Virus record (IMG/VR): IMGVR_UViG_2684622669_000020
DNA: 34,356 nucleotides
Source: a virus
Taxonomy: Duplodnaviria > Heunggongvirae > Uroviricota > Caudoviricetes
Reading direction: 5' to 3' (one strand)
A program made the translations under genes and the position numbers. Positions 9,927-18,100 of this stretch are shown one piece after another. The notes below the pieces were generated by a model that saw nothing but the letters and a program-made list of their open reading frames with translations, was not told the origin of the DNA and did not search any database. Position 1 is the first letter of the stretch; each line of letters opens with the position of its first letter.

Positions 9927-10310
9927 TTATTCCGTAGCGCCCGAGGATGAGGACTGCGAGCCGGAGTCCGGCGAGCCGGGATTCCCGCCGTTCCGCTTTA
10001 CCTTCAGGACGTTGCGTGATGCCAGCAGAATATTAAAATCGTCCGGCGTCATGTTGTCGTGTAACAGCTCCGCCGTCAGTTCTTCCTGCGGAATATCCCC
10101 CAGACGGACCAGCGTTGCCGCCATCACCGCACAGCGGTAGTAATAATCCGCCGCGAAGCCATCCACCGTCTGAAAGCGTTCTTCAGTTTCTTCCAGTGCC
10201 TGCCCGTTATCACGCATGACCGGCAGACGCAGCTCAAAGTTTTTATGAACGGCGCCGTTAAACACCACGCCATCAGACAGCTCGCCGGTCTGTGTATTAA
10301 TCAAAGTCAT
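9927..10310 (-). CDS. Tail assembly chaperone (Mu gp41-like)
   Basis: 127-aa ORF between tube and tape measure; Ser/Gly-rich acidic C-terminus. Confidence 0.6.
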   Translation of the reverse strand: MTLINTQTGELSDGVVFNGAVHKNFELRLPVMRDNGQALEETEERFQTVDGFAADYYYRCAVMAATLVRLGDIPQEELTAELLHDNMTPDDFNILLASRNVLKVKRNGGNPGSPDSGSQSSSSGATE

Positions 10311-10681
10311 CCCGTCACCTTCCTGAGTGCAGCCATTTTGATATCAATTTTCGCTTCACTGTCGACGGTGTATTTCTCACCAACTTCAACAGTAAAGCAG
10401 TCCAGATAGGAGGTGCGCTTACCGCTGTTACTGAGCGGATAAATTGAGATTTTCACACCTTCCAGATTTTCCCAGTCCGGCTCGTTGGTATCAGGGATAA
10501 CCGCCGAAACAGAAATATCGTAGGTGGCAATGCCACGGGCAAAGCCTTTGGCCCTGCCGGTTTTGTTCATGGTCTTGACCAGCTTTCGCCCGGTGTTGAT
10601 CTGAACATCAAAGTCGGTGATCTCGATTTCCTGGCTGTCCACCTCCAGCACAATCGAGCCGACATATTCTTTAATGGACAT
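10307..10681 (-). CDS. Tail tube protein (Mu M-like)
   Basis: 124-aa ORF immediately downstream of the sheath gene. Confidence 0.7.
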   Translation of the reverse strand: MSIKEYVGSIVLEVDSQEIEITDFDVQINTGRKLVKTMNKTGRAKGFARGIATYDISVSAVIPDTNEPDWENLEGVKISIYPLSNSGKRTSYLDCFTVEVGEKYTVDSEAKIDIKMAALRKVTG

Positions 10682-10693
10682 TTACCGCGCTCC

Positions 10694-12115
10694 TTACAAA
10701 ATCATGTCGATGCGACCGGCAAACACATGCAGGCCGTTAACCACATCCGCCGGAACCACGCAGTCGAGACGGTTTGCATCTTTCCCGTTTCGTTGAACGC
10801 GCAGCTTTGCTTTGTTCGCTTCCACGTTCTCCAGAATTTCCGCTTCCTCCAGCTTGATCAGCACGTCATACAGTTCGCTTTCCACTTTTGCGATAGTGCG
10901 GGTGCTGAGTTTTTCGCGCGGGAAGCGAAGGCTGATGCGTTCGCGGCACGCCTTGCGGGTGTAGTCCAGCGTTCTGATGGACGTGATATCCAGTAACGAG
11001 ACGTCAGTCACGCCCTGTGCGTTTACCGTGTACGTACTGACCGCACGCACAATCTGCACCGTGTTACCCGGGCCAACCTCAACCGGCGTCAGGCCGTTAT
11101 GCAGGGCGTTTTCCTGCTCGTTACGGCTTTCACGCTGTGACATTGCGACCACATCCAGCCCGGACAGCGCCAGCGAGTTCAGCGGACGTGCCGGGTCTTC
11201 CTCGCCCGCCATCACAGCGCCGTAGATGGCAGCCAGCACCGCTGGCAGCTTCACGGAGCCGCGATACCAGGGGACGGACACGCGCCCGCTGTTCACACCG
11301 GCGGCCAGGGTGATCCCGTTTCCGAGACTCCCCGTCCAGCCCGCACAGCCAATCGCGCCACGCTGTTCCATCGCGTTCCCGGTTTTCTCCAGGTGCTGCT
11401 TCAGGGCGGCAAGGGCTGGCGCGGTACTGAACGGACAAATCAGAATGTTGTGACCGGCGGCAAAGACCGCATCCAGTGCGGGCTGAATATCCGGGTCCAT
11501 TTCACCGTTCGCCATCGGCGTGGCGCTCACGGTCAGACCACCTGCCGTGGTGGATGCTGACAGGGTGATGTCATTCCCCCAGGCACCTTTGGTCCGGGTG
11601 GTGACCGTCAGCTGAGAGGCTTCCGATTGGTATTCCCCCGTAACCAGAAGCGAAGGCGTCTGCGTCATTGCTTCCACCAATGCCGGAATGATTTTCGACG
11701 GTCCATCACCGGTTTCCACATCCACCGAAACCTGCTCACCGGCAACCCATACCGACAGTGTTCCGCTGCTGATTGCCGTACCGTTGACGGTAACTGCGCC
11801 GGTTGCTGCCTTTCCTGCGCCACTGTCTGCAATACCAATAACATCCAGTTGCAGATAGCTGTTGGCATTAATGGCCGCGCGCGCCATTGCAGCGGCCAGC
11901 GAACCGGCCCCGAAATACAAATCCGCTTCGTCTTCGGAATACACGGAAACGGCATTCAGGGGCGTGGCGGTGCCGCCTGACAGCATCGGGCCAATCACCA
12001 GAACACGCTGTTCGTTACCCGGCAGCGTGTTAACGGCCAGCCGGGTATTAAACTCAAAATGCACACCGGGCTTACGGATGCCGCCCGAAATGGTGTCAAA
12101 CTGAATTTCACTCAT
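10694..12115 (-). CDS. Contractile tail sheath protein (Mu L-like)
   Basis: 473-aa ORF of typical sheath size and position upstream of the tube gene. Confidence 0.8.
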   Translation of the reverse strand: MSEIQFDTISGGIRKPGVHFEFNTRLAVNTLPGNEQRVLVIGPMLSGGTATPLNAVSVYSEDEADLYFGAGSLAAAMARAAINANSYLQLDVIGIADSGAGKAATGAVTVNGTAISSGTLSVWVAGEQVSVDVETGDGPSKIIPALVEAMTQTPSLLVTGEYQSEASQLTVTTRTKGAWGNDITLSASTTAGGLTVSATPMANGEMDPDIQPALDAVFAAGHNILICPFSTAPALAALKQHLEKTGNAMEQRGAIGCAGWTGSLGNGITLAAGVNSGRVSVPWYRGSVKLPAVLAAIYGAVMAGEEDPARPLNSLALSGLDVVAMSQRESRNEQENALHNGLTPVEVGPGNTVQIVRAVSTYTVNAQGVTDVSLLDITSIRTLDYTRKACRERISLRFPREKLSTRTIAKVESELYDVLIKLEEAEILENVEANKAKLRVQRNGKDANRLDCVVPADVVNGLHVFAGRIDMIL

Positions 12116-12350
12116 CGGAATCCACCTGTTTCTCTCTCTTCGCCTTCGCTTTTACCTGCACGGCGTCCTGTTCAGCCGTCACGGTGGTTTCAGGCTCATC
12201 CTTCACCAGAATCAGGTCACCGTCCTGAACGGCGCGCCGGTAATAAGCGGTGTTCTCAACGGTCACCGCTTCCGTGGTGATGTATTTCCGGGCGTTATCC
12301 TCCATCGGGAACTTCATCCCGGGAGCCGCCTTAACCTTCATTTTGTTCAT
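12108..12350 (-). CDS. Small conserved protein (Mu gp38-like)
   Basis: 80-aa ORF directly upstream of the sheath gene. Confidence 0.55.
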   Translation of the reverse strand: MNKMKVKAAPGMKFPMEDNARKYITTEAVTVENTAYYRRAVQDGDLILVKDEPETTVTAEQDAVQVKAKAKREKQVDSDE

Positions 12351-12912
12351 GCTGTTGCTCTCTTAATTCATCCAGACCACAGATATCTGCGCCGTATTGC
12401 GTACCAATTCGCAGTAAATCCGGGTCAGGGTCTGACAGCCTGCCGTGGTAGCGGTTGAAGAGGCGATCCGCTTCTGCGCCACGCTCCGGCCATTTGCCGT
12501 TCTCCAGCGCGTGCTCCACCCAGCGGGCATCGAACTCACAGGCAAACACGGACATTGCCCGTTCTGCCACGCCGGTGTTAAACAGCGTCCTGACCCGCCC
12601 GGGTTCGAAATAATCAATCTCCAGCCCCAAATCCTGACCGGTCAGCAGGCGACGGACGGATTCAACCAGCTGGTTTGTCCCGACTTCATCCCGGACAGTG
12701 CCTCCCTGTCTGGCGCTCTGTTCGCTGCGGGTGTTGTAATCACCCACCACAACCACAAAGCGTCCGGTGGCAATGTATTTCCGGCGTGACGTGGAATAGC
12801 GTTCGGTTTTCACGATGCCGCCGAACGTCACCCAGGCTGCCGGAAGGCTGCGAACAATCCGGCCCGGGTCTTCATCCAGTTCACCGGCATAGGTGCGGAC
12901 ATCCTGCACCAT
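12331..12912 (-). CDS. Mu gp37-like protein (head-tail joining region)
   Basis: 193-aa ORF between the gp36-like and gp38-like genes. Confidence 0.6.
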   Translation of the reverse strand: MVQDVRTYAGELDEDPGRIVRSLPAAWVTFGGIVKTERYSTSRRKYIATGRFVVVVGDYNTRSEQSARQGGTVRDEVGTNQLVESVRRLLTGQDLGLEIDYFEPGRVRTLFNTGVAERAMSVFACEFDARWVEHALENGKWPERGAEADRLFNRYHGRLSDPDPDLLRIGTQYGADICGLDELREQQHEQNEG

Positions 12913-12965
12913 ATGCCCCAGACCACAGCGCAGACGCTCAACCAGCGCCCGTTCAATGTCAGTAA

Positions 12966-13397
12966 TCAGAATGCACCTCCCCGCGTGGACTCACGCCCGA
13001 ACTGACGGGAGCCGGAGCGGATACGCACCTGTGACGATGACTGGATCACGCTGCCGGACGTATCCCGTCCGAGGTTGATTTGTCCTGCCGCGACTTTCTC
13101 CAGAAAGCGGATGGCATCCCGGTAGCGCATCTGAATTTCTTCTGAGCAGATACGGTAATCGGTCGCCAGGTTATAACGGGCGATATCGCAGCAGTAACCC
13201 ACCAGAATCCCCGGGCTGTCAGGCCACGGGGTCCGGTAACGCCCCACCAGATAGCCATCAATCTGGGCACTGGCACGCGCAAGCGCGGAGGCCAGCTTTT
13301 CTTCGTCGATGAATCCTGTCATGTCTTCATCCGTCAGTGTGCGTGCCTCGCGTTCACTGAACGCCCTGATGAACTGTTCCGGTGTGGCGTAAGACAT
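12966..13397 (-). CDS. Mu gp36-like protein (DUF1320-type)
   Basis: 143-aa ORF, MSYATPEQFIRAF..., in the conserved position after the major head gene. Confidence 0.6.
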   Translation of the reverse strand: MSYATPEQFIRAFSEREARTLTDEDMTGFIDEEKLASALARASAQIDGYLVGRYRTPWPDSPGILVGYCCDIARYNLATDYRICSEEIQMRYRDAIRFLEKVAAGQINLGRDTSGSVIQSSSQVRIRSGSRQFGRESTRGGAF

Positions 13398-13400
13398 GGG

Positions 13401-13742
13401 TTACTTCTCCTTTTTGTCCGCTTTTTGTGTTTTCTGTGCGGCGTTCAGCTGTGCGGTCAGTTCACTGACTTTCTGGCGTTCTTCTTCCAGCTGCGCCGTC
13501 AGTTCGCTGACTTTCTGGCGTTCGGCATCCAGCTGTGCGACCAGCTCATCACCCCGGGCCGCGTCGTTCTGGCCGGACGCTTTATCACGCTCCACCACAA
13601 TCAGCATGGGGTCCGCCTTCAGCACCGCCAGCTGTTCCGGGGTGAACGCATCCGCAGGCCATTCCTTCGTGGTTGCGCTGTGTGCCACACCGCAGCGGCG
13701 AAAACCCTCACGGCGGGCGGTAATTTCAATCACCTTTTCCAT
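13401..13742 (-). CDS. Head-region protein with coiled-coil tandem repeat
   Basis: 113-aa ORF containing DAERQKVSELTAQL / EEERQKVSELTAQL, encoded by a 42-bp tandem repeat. Confidence 0.6.
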   Translation of the reverse strand: MEKVIEITARREGFRRCGVAHSATTKEWPADAFTPEQLAVLKADPMLIVVERDKASGQNDAARGDELVAQLDAERQKVSELTAQLEEERQKVSELTAQLNAAQKTQKADKKEK

Positions 13743-13745
13743 GCA

Positions 13746-14696
13746 TTACTCCGTCGTACCATCAGAACCAAATGCCATCTGCCAGAAGCCGTAACCGCCG
13801 TTACAGCGCGCTTCGGCACCAAACCGGAACTTCTTACGCATGAATACGTTGTCGCTGTTGTAGTCCGTCTGCTCCACAAAAACCGGTTTCTTACGCTGCT
13901 GGAAGATCAGCGGCTTGACCGAGCGGGAGGTGTCGAACAGGAACCACGCAGAATCCGATGTCAGCTCCGGCATCACCAGTACTTCGGCGGTATTGCGGTA
14001 CGGGTTCGGTGTGCCGCCCGGGAACTTCTCGGCGGTCATCAGGTAGTTCGCATCATCCTCCAGCGCCGGTGGCACAACCAGCAGATTCGGGCGGATTCTG
14101 AGAGACGCGCCTTCGTCATCTTTCAGGCTGCGCATGGCCGTACGGGCGGCACCGTAGGAGGCTTTCGCTTCAGCAAGCGACCCCACTTTGAGTTTTTTGG
14201 TGCCTTTGTTGGACACCGATTTACCGGCGACCAGGTGGTCGGTATCAAAGAACATCTGGCCGTCGTAACAGGGACTGGTAAAACCGTTATTGATAAGGGA
14301 TGCCACAATATCTGCCGGGAGTTCTGCCGCTGACTGGCCCGCGTCTCTGGCCTGAAGGGCATAACCCATAATCTGGTCGTCCTCGATGTCGTTACGATCG
14401 ACTTCAACCGTGGCTTCCCAGTCCTTGTTGCGGATGGTGTAGTTGAAGGCTTCCAGAGATTTAACGTTTTTATCACCGACCCACTCGCGCATTTTCGGGA
14501 AACGACTCAACCAGCTGTAGTCGTTCTCCTTGCTGCCTGATGGCACTTCCATTGCCACTTTTTGCCAGTCAGTGGGAGTCTGGTCGAAGGCTTTCTGATA
14601 GGTGGTCTTCAGATTAATAAAAATCTGGTTGAGGTTTTTAGCGTTGACTATCACGTTTCGCTCCTTAACTGAAATGAACCCAGACGCCATCGCCAC
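13746..14696 (-). CDS. Major head subunit (Mu T-like)
   Basis: 316 aa; N-terminal and central regions (PLIFQQRKKP..., CNGGYGFWQ) resemble Mu major capsid protein T as I recall it; follows the I gene block. Confidence 0.8.
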   Translation of the reverse strand: MAMASGFISVKERNVIVNAKNLNQIFINLKTTYQKAFDQTPTDWQKVAMEVPSGSKENDYSWLSRFPKMREWVGDKNVKSLEAFNYTIRNKDWEATVEVDRNDIEDDQIMGYALQARDAGQSAAELPADIVASLINNGFTSPCYDGQMFFDTDHLVAGKSVSNKGTKKLKVGSLAEAKASYGAARTAMRSLKDDEGASLRIRPNLLVVPPALEDDANYLMTAEKFPGGTPNPYRNTAEVLVMPELTSDSAWFLFDTSRSVKPLIFQQRKKPVFVEQTDYNSDNVFMRKKFRFGAEARCNGGYGFWQMAFGSDGTTE

Positions 14697-15060
14697 AGAT
14701 GCCGATCACTTTCCCGGCGACAGGACGGGCGCTGCTGTTGTCGGTTTTTGCCACGGTCACGCTGTCTTCCACGTAGCACAGCTTGCCGACCTGCGATTGT
14801 GTGACCGGGTCTGAGGTGCTGTTCGCCATCAGAAAGGCTTTGCCGCAACGCACCAGAACGGTGACATCACCATCGCTGCCGGTGCTGTTATCCGCCCAGC
14901 CATCAGACACGCCCAGCGTAATCTGTGAGGCCGTGGCACTGGCCGGAACGGCATAACCGGATGCGTTAACGGCCACCATATGACCGCCAAAAATTTCGGT
15001 TGCAGCGGCAACCGGCACCGGGTTCAGCTCGCCGTCACGGTAGGGGGTATTGCGATCCAT
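14665..15060 (-). CDS. DUF2190-like protein (possible head decoration/accessory)
   Basis: 131-aa ORF starting right after the I gene stop (ATG at 15060). Confidence 0.55.
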   Translation of the reverse strand: MDRNTPYRDGELNPVPVAAATEIFGGHMVAVNASGYAVPASATASQITLGVSDGWADNSTGSDGDVTVLVRCGKAFLMANSTSDPVTQSQVGKLCYVEDSVTVAKTDNSSARPVAGKVIGICGDGVWVHFS

Positions 15061-16185
15061 TTATTTGTCTCCTGCGTAACGGGCGACATCCTCTGGATCA
15101 ACGCCCATCATTGAACAAATGGCGATATCGACATCGACGTCATCGCCGGTTTTAATCTGCGCCGGAGCCGGTGACGGCGTTTTGGGTGGTTTGCCGCCGG
15201 TCTGGGTGCTGCTGAGTGCGGCAAGCGGGGTGGTTTTATCCAGCCAGGTTTTAAAACCGTTAATATCGCGACGAGCGTAATCTTTCGCCCAGTCTTCCAG
15301 CGTCGGAAGCAGTCGCCCGTCAGACAGCGCCGCCTGAATCAGTGCCCCGGCTTCGGCCTCACCGGACTGTTGCGCCAGTACGGCATAACGTCCCTGAAGT
15401 TCTTCATATGCCGTCAGAGGGATATGCTTCGTCGGGTCATAGGCATTTGCTGACAGGCTGGCGATTTGCTCGTCTTTCTGATTCAGCAGGGCCAGCAGGC
15501 CAACAGAAGCCGCTGCCGTTCCTTTGCCACCGGAAATAGCATCAATAATTTTTTGCAGTTCATTTTTAATGTCTTCCGGCGTTGAGGTTGCCGGGAGGTT
15601 CAGCGTCCAGCGCAGACTGGACAGCAAATCGCTTAACAGTTCTTCATCCACTGTTGTGGTCTCCGTTTCAGTTGACAGACTCGCCAGACGGCTGGCCGCA
15701 GCCAGCATGACCGCGTCCATACCGTCGAGCGCCGGGGTATTGGTCAGCGCAGCATGTAACAGCTCCAGCACTTCGCCGCGCTTGTTGTAGGCAAAAACAG
15801 GGGAAATAAATTTGTACTCACCGGCGGCAATCATGGCCGCCGCGTTCTCCGTCCACTCCACACCAGTGGCATACAGGCCCGCACCTTCTCGCCATTCCAC
15901 CTGGCTGAACCAGCCCGCCGCCGGGGCGGGCTTGCCGTTGTTTACGGCGCGCAGCGTCTGATGTTCGTAATCAATGACAAATGGCGTGGTACGGGCTGCC
16001 ACCTGGGCGACAAGCTGCGCGGCCAGTTCAGCGGTCAGCACCCATTTACCGCTTTCGACTTCATCGGTATGTGGGCGACCATCCACCGCGCTGAACTCGC
16101 CCGCCGGAAACAGCTGGATTTCGCTGTGGGTTGCTTTGGTAATTTCGAGGCTTAATGCCGCAATGTTCATTTTCATACGCGGCAT
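15061..16185 (-). CDS. Head maturation protease/scaffold (Mu I-like)
   Basis: Family resemblance to Mu I. The track start at 16230 is GTG and overlaps the promoter-like motif, so start moved to the first ATG (16185); ATGs at 16176 and 16170 are also possible and none has a clear SD. Confidence 0.75.
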   Translation of the reverse strand: MPRMKMNIAALSLEITKATHSEIQLFPAGEFSAVDGRPHTDEVESGKWVLTAELAAQLVAQVAARTTPFVIDYEHQTLRAVNNGKPAPAAGWFSQVEWREGAGLYATGVEWTENAAAMIAAGEYKFISPVFAYNKRGEVLELLHAALTNTPALDGMDAVMLAAASRLASLSTETETTTVDEELLSDLLSSLRWTLNLPATSTPEDIKNELQKIIDAISGGKGTAAASVGLLALLNQKDEQIASLSANAYDPTKHIPLTAYEELQGRYAVLAQQSGEAEAGALIQAALSDGRLLPTLEDWAKDYARRDINGFKTWLDKTTPLAALSSTQTGGKPPKTPSPAPAQIKTGDDVDVDIAICSMMGVDPEDVARYAGDK

Positions 16186-16204
16186 GATGACGGAAGGGGA
16201 ACAC

Positions 16205-16237
16205 GGGGTACTGTTGAGGGTGTTCAGCACCCCGCCA
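16205..16237 (-). promoter_or_regulatory. Copy A of repeated late-promoter-like element (upstream of I)
   Basis: GGGGTACTGTTGAGGGTGTTCAGCACCCCGCCA; nearly identical to 23629-23662 and sharing a 15-bp core with 4318-4332; ends about 20 nt upstream of the first ATG of the I-like gene. Confidence 0.45.
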
Positions 16238-16268
16238 TAACGCGAAAGGATAAAAGGGGAAATAAAAC

Positions 16269-16293
16269 CGTTTTTAAAACCCTTTTAAAAACG
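16269..16293 (-). terminator. AT-rich perfect palindrome in the G-I intergenic region (possible terminator)
   Basis: CGTTTTTAAAA-CCC-TTTTAAAAACG, 11-bp perfect arms; on the minus strand it is followed by GGTTTTATTT and precedes the promoter-like motif. Confidence 0.4.
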
Positions 16294-16385
16294 ATTCTGG
16301 CGGTATTTATGGGGTGCGGTGCTGTAATGCCTCATCCGTGAGGCGTTTATGTCGTCAGAGTCGATTACAGCGCGTTTGTGGTCAT

Positions 16386-16937
16386 TCAGTCAATCACACG
16401 CGCAAAATAGCGGTTTGCGGTGTTCTCCAGCTCGTCGATGTCGTCCTGCACAAGCTGAAGGAAGGGGCGCGCGGGCATGTTGACTGTATACGCTCCCACT
16501 GTTGCGCTCTGCACAAAATTACTGTTGCGCTTTTTCACAAAGCGGGTGCTGACGCTGCCGTTTTTGTACTGTTTAAAATACAGGTTCTGCGTCCGTGCCT
16601 GATGGCGGATTTCGCCGCCTTCGTTGTGGATACGGGCGTAACGGACGTTTGTCCCGACCGCGGCCTCGTTATTGTTAACCGCAGAGCGGATACTGGCAGC
16701 CAGTCGCCCGGACTTCTGAAGGATTTGCCCGGGGCCGCGTCGCTTCGCATAAGCCGGACTCCAGCCCATCCATTTCGGGCGACCCTGTTGTTCAAAGTTA
16801 GTCTCAACCGCATCCAGCATGGAACCCGCAAGCGCCGTCATCAGGTCGCGCCGGTCCTTCACGGAACGAATCAGTTTCCCCAGCGTGGTGTTATACGCGC
16901 TTAAATCAATCTTAATATCCAGTTTACCGCTGCTCAT
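16386..16937 (-). CDS. Virion morphogenesis protein (Mu G-like)
   Basis: 183-aa ORF directly after the F-like gene, start overlapping its stop. Confidence 0.7.
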   Translation of the reverse strand: MSSGKLDIKIDLSAYNTTLGKLIRSVKDRRDLMTALAGSMLDAVETNFEQQGRPKWMGWSPAYAKRRGPGQILQKSGRLAASIRSAVNNNEAAVGTNVRYARIHNEGGEIRHQARTQNLYFKQYKNGSVSTRFVKKRNSNFVQSATVGAYTVNMPARPFLQLVQDDIDELENTANRYFARVID

Positions 16938-18100
16938 GATGCCTCCGGGGTGTCCTGCATAACCCAGTCTGTCAGCACGTCATCCTCAACCGTCGCCACT
17001 GACCAGCGGTCGCCCGACTGTAACGCATACCGCCACGCGTTGCCGTCCTGCGTGACATGCTCCGCCCGTTCGATGGTCTGCTGCATCAGCACATAGTCGG
17101 CGGCGGTCGGGGGCGTGTCTGTTGCACTGAGGCGCTTCATAACGTCAGCCGTAAGGTTTACCGTCTGCCGTGCAGCGCCTGTGGCGGCGACCTGTTCCGG
17201 TGAACGGATGGCCAGCGGATATCGCTGGCGCGCATCCAGTTCGCTGACGTTCGCCAGTCCCCGGGCAAAATCCGGCCCGGTCAGGGTGCCGGTAACATAC
17301 TGGCGGGCGCTGTGGTAATCGTATTTTTCCAGTTCCGGCTGCCATGCCACTTTGCCGGGGTTAAAACCGAAGCCCGGGTCGGCGGTATACACGGAGCCGT
17401 CCGGCATCTTCAGCCCCATTGTTCTGATGGTCTGGCCCGGCTGACCATATTCCTGTTCAACCTCAACCAGTCGCCCATCGCTGCTCTGCACCGTCAGGCC
17501 ATATTTCTCCACATCAGACGCCGAACGCGCCCGGATACGGCAGCGGCATCCGTACCCGTCCGGCGCGTAGAAATACTCCCAGACCGGGTCATCCGCCCGG
17601 GCGGTAAAACCGTTCATGGCGGCGTGTTTCGGGCGGGTGTGAAGGTCCATCACCGCCACGCGCTCAAAATAAGGCCGGTCGGCCACGTTCGCCATCTGTT
17701 GCTGATAACGCCCGGCGTTATATGACGACTGAATGTTGGTATCAAATATCGTGCGCAACCGGCGCGGCGTCAGTTGTCTGCCGTGCAGTTCGCCGGTGTC
17801 CTCGTCCACAATCAGTTTTTTACCCAGCCAGCCTTTTGACTCCAGCAGTGGTTCCAGTTGTGCAGCAAACTCCCGGAACGTCCCGCCGTCAGCCAGTGCC
17901 GCCGTCAGGCCATCACGGATATCCTTCAGCACATCCAGTTTCAGCACGCCCGCCACCGTGAACGCCCGGGCGTTGGCGATGTCCTTCACATCGTGCCAGC
18001 GGAAGCCGATAACGTATCCCTTGCTTTCGAAATACTTAATCGCTTCTTCCGGTTTCAGGGTGTACGCATACCCCAGGTCAACATCGTCAGCTTTCGGCAT
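16934..18100 (-). CDS. Head morphogenesis protein (Mu F-like)
   Basis: 388-aa ORF after the portal gene; contains the CRCR motif region. Confidence 0.75.
   Translation of the reverse strand: MPKADDVDLGYAYTLKPEEAIKYFESKGYVIGFRWHDVKDIANARAFTVAGVLKLDVLKDIRDGLTAALADGGTFREFAAQLEPLLESKGWLGKKLIVDEDTGELHGRQLTPRRLRTIFDTNIQSSYNAGRYQQQMANVADRPYFERVAVMDLHTRPKHAAMNGFTARADDPVWEYFYAPDGYGCRCRIRARSASDVEKYGLTVQSSDGRLVEVEQEYGQPGQTIRTMGLKMPDGSVYTADPGFGFNPGKVAWQPELEKYDYHSARQYVTGTLTGPDFARGLANVSELDARQRYPLAIRSPEQVAATGAARQTVNLTADVMKRLSATDTPPTAADYVLMQQTIERAEHVTQDGNAWRYALQSGDRWSVATVEDDVLTDWVMQDTPEAS

Noticed and set aside
13425-14333. 302-aa plus-strand ORF
   Set aside because: Antisense to the major head and adjacent genes, which have strong family signatures; low-complexity Arg/His/Gln-rich translation typical of reverse-frame artefacts in GC-rich coding DNA.
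16329-16344. GCCTCA-tccg-TGAGGC hairpin as a plus-strand terminator
   Set aside because: No plus-strand genes converge here and the following T-run is weak; more likely part of the minus-strand intergenic leader.
16314-16904. 196-aa plus-strand ORF
   Set aside because: Antisense to the G-like gene and running into the G-I intergenic region; no SD; composition of a reverse-frame artefact.
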